Source of the DNA: Nannocystales bacterium
GTDB taxonomy: Bacteria > Myxococcota_A > Polyangia > Nannocystales > Nannocystaceae
Direction of reading: 5' to 3'
Assembly (NCBI GenBank): GCA_050633305.1
Contig: JBOEGF010000022.1
Coordinates: 128,001-192,000, forward strand
DNA: 64,000 nt
The notes below the pieces were generated by a model that had not been told where the DNA came from, did no database searches, and saw only the letters and a program-made list of their open reading frames with translations. Of the stretch, positions 59,574-64,000 are shown piece by piece (position 1 is the first letter of the stretch; each line of letters begins with the position of its first letter). Position numbers and translations under genes: made by a program.

Positions 59574-59990
59574 CTACCCCGCGCGCCCGGCCTCTGTCTC
59601 GAGCATCCGCGCCCAGGTCCGCAAGTACAAGACCACGTCGTCCCGGTCGTTGCGACGCAGGTGTCGACGTCCCGGCACTCGTTCCAGGACGCGAGGGTCT
59701 TCGAGCCGCTCCAGGTCGGCCAGCTCGCCGGGCGTGAATCCGAAGCCGATCATCTGCGCGGCGACATCCTCCACCGCGTGACCGGTGATGGGGCAGTAGT
59801 CGCTGAGGTGCTCGGACCATTCTCCGCGGACCATCGCGTAGATCTCCTTTTTGGAGTGCTGGGTCACCGTCTGGGCGAGGTGCCCACAGTTGCACGCACC
59901 CGCATGTCCCCACTCGTAGTCCGCACCGCTGGCGAGGCGCTTCGCGGTGGTGCGCAGGGCTTCGATCACCTTCCGATTGAGCTTCGCCAT
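59574..59990 (-). CDS. Conserved hypothetical protein with a YEWGHxGxCNCGHL motif
   Basis: Well-biased ORF with a Cys/His cluster and a YCPITG motif. Confidence 0.75.
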   Translation of the reverse strand: MAKLNRKVIEALRTTAKRLASGADYEWGHAGACNCGHLAQTVTQHSKKEIYAMVRGEWSEHLSDYCPITGHAVEDVAAQMIGFGFTPGELADLERLEDPRVLERVPGRRHLRRNDRDDVVLYLRTWARMLETEAGRAG

Positions 59991-60120
59991 CCGCTTGAGC
60001 GTAGGCGGTCGGGGCCGCAGGCTCAATCAATCCTCCTCCAGCGACGCGCGCCAGGGCGTCGCGGCGCTCCGCGTGAGGAACGCCGATGGCACGGGACCCA
60101 GGCCGTGGTAGGCACGCGGT

Positions 60121-60921
60121 GTGCTGCGCCTGGGCTACTCGCCGTGTCCCAATGACACCTTCATGTTTCATGCGTTGGTGCACGGCCTCGTGCCCGATGC
60201 CCCTGGGGTCGAGGTGGTCCTCGACGACATCGAAGGTCTCAATCGGCGCGTTCTCGAGCCGGGTGGGGATGCGCTCGCCGTCTCGAAGCTCAGCGTCAGC
60301 GCATGGGCCCGCGCGCGTGAACGCTATGCTGTGCTGGAATCCGGGGCGGCGCTGGGGAGGGGATGTGGCCCGCTCGTCGTCGGTCGTCAAGCCGCCGCGT
60401 TGTCCGACCTCGCGGGGAAGAAGGTTGCGGTTCCAGGTCTCGGCACCACCGCGTACGCGTTGTTGCGCATGTTCGGCCCGCAGCACGAACCGGTCCCCAT
60501 GCGCTTCGAGCAGGTCATGCCCGCGGTCGCGCGCGGCGAGGTGGAGGCGGGACTGATCATTCACGAAAGCCGCTTCACGTATCCCGACCACGGGCTGGTG
60601 CAGATCGCCGACCTGGGGGAAGTTTGGGAGGCTGACACCGGGCTGCCCCTGCCCCTGGGGGTCATTGCCGCACAACGCTCCGTGGACGAGAGCGTGCGCG
60701 AGCGGTTTTCAGCGGCGCTCTGTGCCTCGGTTCGGTACGCATGGGCCCACCCCGAGGCCAGCCGCGACTACGTAAAGGCCCATGCCCAAGAGATGGCCCA
60801 GGACGTCTGTGACAAGCACATCGGGCTGTACGTCAACACATTCTCCGCGGAACTCGGCGACGAAGGCCGGGCGGCGCTCGACACCTTCGTACGGCGCGGC
60901 ACGGAGGCGGGCGTGCTGTGA
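60121..60921 (+). CDS. mqnD: 1,4-dihydroxy-6-naphthoate synthase
   Basis: GYSPCPNDTF, GAALGRGCGP, IIHESRFTY, LPLPLG and HIGLYVN motifs. Confidence 0.95.
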   Translation: MLRLGYSPCPNDTFMFHALVHGLVPDAPGVEVVLDDIEGLNRRVLEPGGDALAVSKLSVSAWARARERYAVLESGAALGRGCGPLVVGRQAAALSDLAGKKVAVPGLGTTAYALLRMFGPQHEPVPMRFEQVMPAVARGEVEAGLIIHESRFTYPDHGLVQIADLGEVWEADTGLPLPLGVIAAQRSVDESVRERFSAALCASVRYAWAHPEASRDYVKAHAQEMAQDVCDKHIGLYVNTFSAELGDEGRAALDTFVRRGTEAGVL

Positions 60922-60937
60922 CACGCTGCAAGCGGGT

Positions 60938-61414
60938 TCAGAACACGAACCCGACGATGTACAGGGCGAGACCGCTTCCGGCGGTCAGCGCGTAGGCGAT
61001 CACGGCCCACCACCCCAAGCTCCGGTGGACTTCGGAGAACGTGCCGGGCAGCAGACGAGACCGAAACCTCCGCCAAGAGACGATGGGGAACACGCTCCAC
61101 AGCGCTGCGTTGACGGCCGCCACCGCGAGGTGTCCATACAGAACGGCGTCGAGGAAGACCGTGTCCTCGTAGCGACCTCCGGAGGCAAAGAACGCCATCC
61201 CGCCCGCCATTCGGATGTCGACCTCCAGGGCGATGGTCGCAACCGCGAAGATCGTCGCGAGCCACAGCTGCAGGGCTTTGTGCAGGCCGTACTGTCCGTC
61301 TCGAGCCGCTCGAATCGCACGCAGCAAGACCGGGATGGCGACGAGCTCGGTCACGACCACGGCTTCGATCAGCAGGTCGGCACGCGAGCCGATGACACTT
61401 CCTGGCATGGTCAT
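60938..61414 (-). CDS. DUF420-family membrane protein
   Basis: Four TM segments with spaced His residues (LHKALQ, GHL, VHRSLG); GGAGG RBS. Confidence 0.75.
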   Translation of the reverse strand: MTMPGSVIGSRADLLIEAVVVTELVAIPVLLRAIRAARDGQYGLHKALQLWLATIFAVATIALEVDIRMAGGMAFFASGGRYEDTVFLDAVLYGHLAVAAVNAALWSVFPIVSWRRFRSRLLPGTFSEVHRSLGWWAVIAYALTAGSGLALYIVGFVF

Positions 61415-61415
61415 C

Positions 61416-62348
61416 TCAGCTCACCTCCAGCGTAGCGGTGTCGTCCAGGGCACGGCGGAGTGCTTGCCGAGACTGGAAACCGCAGGCATCTGCGACCTCT
61501 TCGATGCTCCGGTCGCTTGCGGCCAGGAGCCGACGAGCGTGCTCGCAACGTGCCTCGCGGACGAACTGCGCTGGCGACATGCCGCTCTCGGCGGAGAATC
61601 GCCGCGTGAAGTTTCGGACACTCATGTTGGCCCGCTGCGCGAGCGCTTCGACACGAAGGTCCTGCGACGGGTTGTTGCGGACGAAAGCCTGAACCCGGGC
61701 GATTTCCCGGACATGCAGTCCCTGGGACTTCAGCGTGGCGCTGCGCTGCGTCTCCTCTCCGCCGCGTCGAAGACTGAGCACCAGCCACTGCGCAACCTCG
61801 TGGGCGAGCTGGGGCCCGGCGTCTCGCTCGAGCATGGCCAGCGCCATGTCCATTCCCGCGCTGACGCCCGCGGACGTCCAGATCGGCTTGCGGTCGTCCT
61901 GGGTCTGGTACAGCGAGTCGCGGTCGAGTGTTGTGCGGGGGAAGCTCGCGGCGAAGTCATCTTCCTTCGCCCAGTGGGTCGATGCCCGCTTCCCGACGAG
62001 CAGGCCCGCTTCGGCGAGGAGGTACGACCCGGTGCACACGCTGGCGATTCGCCCCGCTCGCGCACCGAGCTGGCCGAGGTGGTCCGCGACGACTGGAGTC
62101 CGCAGTCCGTGGATCCCCTCACCCCCCGGGACGATCATCGTCGCGCCCGCGGGCAGGTCTTCCCACGCGCCGTCCACAGCCCATCGCAGGCCGTTGGTCG
62201 CCCGAACCGGAGCACCAGTCTGAGAGAGAATCGTTGTCTCGTAGTGATCGTGCCCGCTGAGTTCGTTTGCCGTGGCAAACACCTCCAGCGGTCCACAGAC
62301 GTCCAACGCCTGGACGTCGTCGAATACTAAGAACGAAGCGGCGATCAT
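61416..62348 (-). CDS. GlxA-family AraC regulator with a DJ-1/PfpI domain
   Basis: ASVCTG, STHW, WTSAGVSAGMD, MSVRNFTRRF and VADACGF motifs. Confidence 0.92.
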   Translation of the reverse strand: MIAASFLVFDDVQALDVCGPLEVFATANELSGHDHYETTILSQTGAPVRATNGLRWAVDGAWEDLPAGATMIVPGGEGIHGLRTPVVADHLGQLGARAGRIASVCTGSYLLAEAGLLVGKRASTHWAKEDDFAASFPRTTLDRDSLYQTQDDRKPIWTSAGVSAGMDMALAMLERDAGPQLAHEVAQWLVLSLRRGGEETQRSATLKSQGLHVREIARVQAFVRNNPSQDLRVEALAQRANMSVRNFTRRFSAESGMSPAQFVREARCEHARRLLAASDRSIEEVADACGFQSRQALRRALDDTATLEVS

Positions 62349-62414
62349 CGCGCCACAAGTCTTGTCCAGCGTCCGACGCCGGGCCAGGACAAATCGGGAA
62401 CGAATCCGGCCAAC

Positions 62415-62993
62415 CTACTGTGGCGCGCTGATGCGGACGTACTCCAGGGTGCACAGCTCTTGAATTTGGGCGCGCAGCGTCGGGACGCGGACCTGCGGCA
62501 GCTTGTCGTACAGGGACAGGTGGTCCCACAAGGCCACCAGGTGAAAGCCAAGGTAGCTCGGCTCTCCCTGGAACACCTCCGCGTGCGCTTCGAGCCACGA
62601 CAGGCCCGCCTCGATGGCCCGCCGTAGTTTGCCAAACCGAGGCATTTCGACGGTGTCGATGCCGCTGCGCTCGGCCAACAACAGCTCCACCTCAGCGCCC
62701 ATGACTCCGTTCATCACGGCGCGTGCGTTGAGGCGCTCGACCTCGGAGGTGGCGACCCCGAACCGGTCCGCAGGATCCAGCCGGCGCATGAGGTACGCGG
62801 CAATGTGGTCCGAGTCGAACACCTGGGTTTCGCCGTCGAGCAGCACGGGGACCTTCATCAACGGGTTGTCCGCGAACGCTGTCGGATCACCGACGTCGCC
62901 GACATCGACCTGTTGGACGGTCGCTCCCCAGCCGTCGAGGAGAAGCCGGACCTTCCGGGAGAAGTGGGAGCGCGGTGTGTAGTACAGCTGCAC
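62415..62993 (-). CDS. Glutathione S-transferase family protein
   Basis: SHFSRKVR, NPLMKVPVL and FDSDHI motifs. Confidence 0.88.
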   Translation of the reverse strand: MQLYYTPRSHFSRKVRLLLDGWGATVQQVDVGDVGDPTAFADNPLMKVPVLLDGETQVFDSDHIAAYLMRRLDPADRFGVATSEVERLNARAVMNGVMGAEVELLLAERSGIDTVEMPRFGKLRRAIEAGLSWLEAHAEVFQGEPSYLGFHLVALWDHLSLYDKLPQVRVPTLRAQIQELCTLEYVRISAPQ

Positions 62994-63009
62994 GCGTCCT
63001 CGGTTCGTC

Positions 63010-63225
63010 TCACCGCTGGCTACGGGGAATGGCGCGACCGTCGTCGTTGAGGACCTTCCAGAACTCGGGCCAGTCGGGAATCTCGACCAGCGTGGGGAGG
63101 ACTTCGTCGTAGTTGTGCGGGTAGGTCCGCTTGATGTACGTGGCGACCGCCTTCACGTGGGTCGCCTCGATGAAGTGAGGCTCCATGATCGGGAACTCGT
63201 AGCGGAACTTCTTGCGCTCGGTCAT
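63010..63225 (-). CDS. Small conserved hypothetical protein (71 aa)
   Basis: GAGG RBS; strongly biased codons; in tandem with the adenosyltransferase gene. Confidence 0.7.
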   Translation of the reverse strand: MTERKKFRYEFPIMEPHFIEATHVKAVATYIKRTYPHNYDEVLPTLVEIPDWPEFWKVLNDDGRAIPRSQR

Positions 63226-63234
63226 GTGCAGTCC

Positions 63235-63840
63235 TCAGGTGGTCTCGGGGACCCAAAGCGTCTCGGCGTAGCCCAAGCGGTTCGATGCCGCTCGGGAGAC
63301 TACGAAGAAGTAGTCGCTGAGTCGGTTCACGTATTTGATCGCAACCTCGCTGACCTGTTCGCCGGCGTTGGCGAGCGAGACCACCTCCCGCTCTGCTCGC
63401 CGACAGACGGTCCGGCTCACGTGGCATGCCGCGGCGATGGGGCCGCCGCCCGGAAGGATGAAACTCTTCAACGGCTCCAGGGCGTCGTTCCAGCCGTCGA
63501 TGTCCCGCTCGAGAGCGTCGACGTGCTCGGACCGCACGCAGAGCCGGGGCATGTCCGTGGGCTCGGTGGGCTCCGGGAACGCAAGCTCAGCGCCGAGGTT
63601 GAACAGCTCCTGCTGGATGCGTCCGAGCTGGACGTCGAGCGTGCTGAGGAAGGCTTCGGCGCCCTCGGACTTTGCCTCGCGCGCGAGCTCGACGCGGACC
63701 ATTCCGATCGTCGCGTTGAGCTCGTCGACGTCACCGTAGGAGCGGATCCGCTGGTGATCCTTGGGGACCTTCTCGCCGCTGGCGAGCATCGTCTTCCCGC
63801 CATCGCCAGCCTTTGTGTAGACCTTTGAGATGTAGACCAT
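63235..63840 (-). CDS. ATP:cob(I)alamin adenosyltransferase, PduO type
   Basis: KVYTKAGDGG, YGDVDELN, FILPGG, RTVCRRAER and NRLSDYFF motifs. Confidence 0.93.
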   Translation of the reverse strand: MVYISKVYTKAGDGGKTMLASGEKVPKDHQRIRSYGDVDELNATIGMVRVELAREAKSEGAEAFLSTLDVQLGRIQQELFNLGAELAFPEPTEPTDMPRLCVRSEHVDALERDIDGWNDALEPLKSFILPGGGPIAAACHVSRTVCRRAEREVVSLANAGEQVSEVAIKYVNRLSDYFFVVSRAASNRLGYAETLWVPETT

Positions 63841-63932
63841 CGCTGGCCGCACCATACCGCCGGCTGCACCCGGGGGCCTCAAAAGGCGTTCGGGCGACCG
63901 CAGGCCGGCGGCTGACCAGGAGCCGTCCGGGC

Positions 63933-64000
63933 TCAGACCGAGATGACCTTGGTCCCCGCGATCTTGTCGTGAATGCACTGGTGCTCGGCACCGAAGATGT
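63933..64000 (-). CDS. 3' end of an RDD-family protein (truncated by the window edge)
   Basis: Hand translation ...IFGAEHQCIHDKIAGTKVISV* matches the RDD C-terminal HDxxAGTxV motif. Confidence 0.7.
   Translation of the reverse strand, partial: IFGAEHQCIHDKIAGTKVISV

Overview
GC-rich, densely coded bacterial chromosome segment. It most likely comes from Myxococcota of the Nannocystaceae type; this is inferred from Ser/Thr/Gly-linker lipoproteins, a kinase-TPR plus ECF sigma module, Cys-rich DUF4215-type repeats and a TonB-domain-fused receptor. Housekeeping content includes bioB, pdhABC, futalosine-pathway mqnB and mqnD, a PduO-type adenosyltransferase, NhaC, a DPP-IV peptidase and GDPD. Accessory content includes a translationally coupled di-heme peroxidase/TPR/lipoprotein/cytochrome P460/Ser-Thr kinase operon, an exbB-exbD-tonB-TBDR locus, a secreted caspase-like protein and three ECF sigma loci. 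The best novelty candidate is at 42745-44858. There, a 44-aa ORF missing from the ORF track (MEKARSDKAEGSVKLDVKRVRNENRDGQVKDLAHEFRPPTSDAK) lies directly upstream of an AT-shifted PaaK/ANL-type adenylating enzyme whose N-terminal extension has an RRE/PqqD-like segment, which may be an undescribed RiPP system. Other points of note are a BioB with atypical auxiliary-cluster ligands, an ECF sigma-TM-DsbA fusion, a single-base frameshift in a diguanylate cyclase, pervasive leaderless-promoter geometry and two long non-coding stretches. I recognised no rRNA, tRNA, CRISPR array or transposase. All calls are motif-based by eye; no searches were run.
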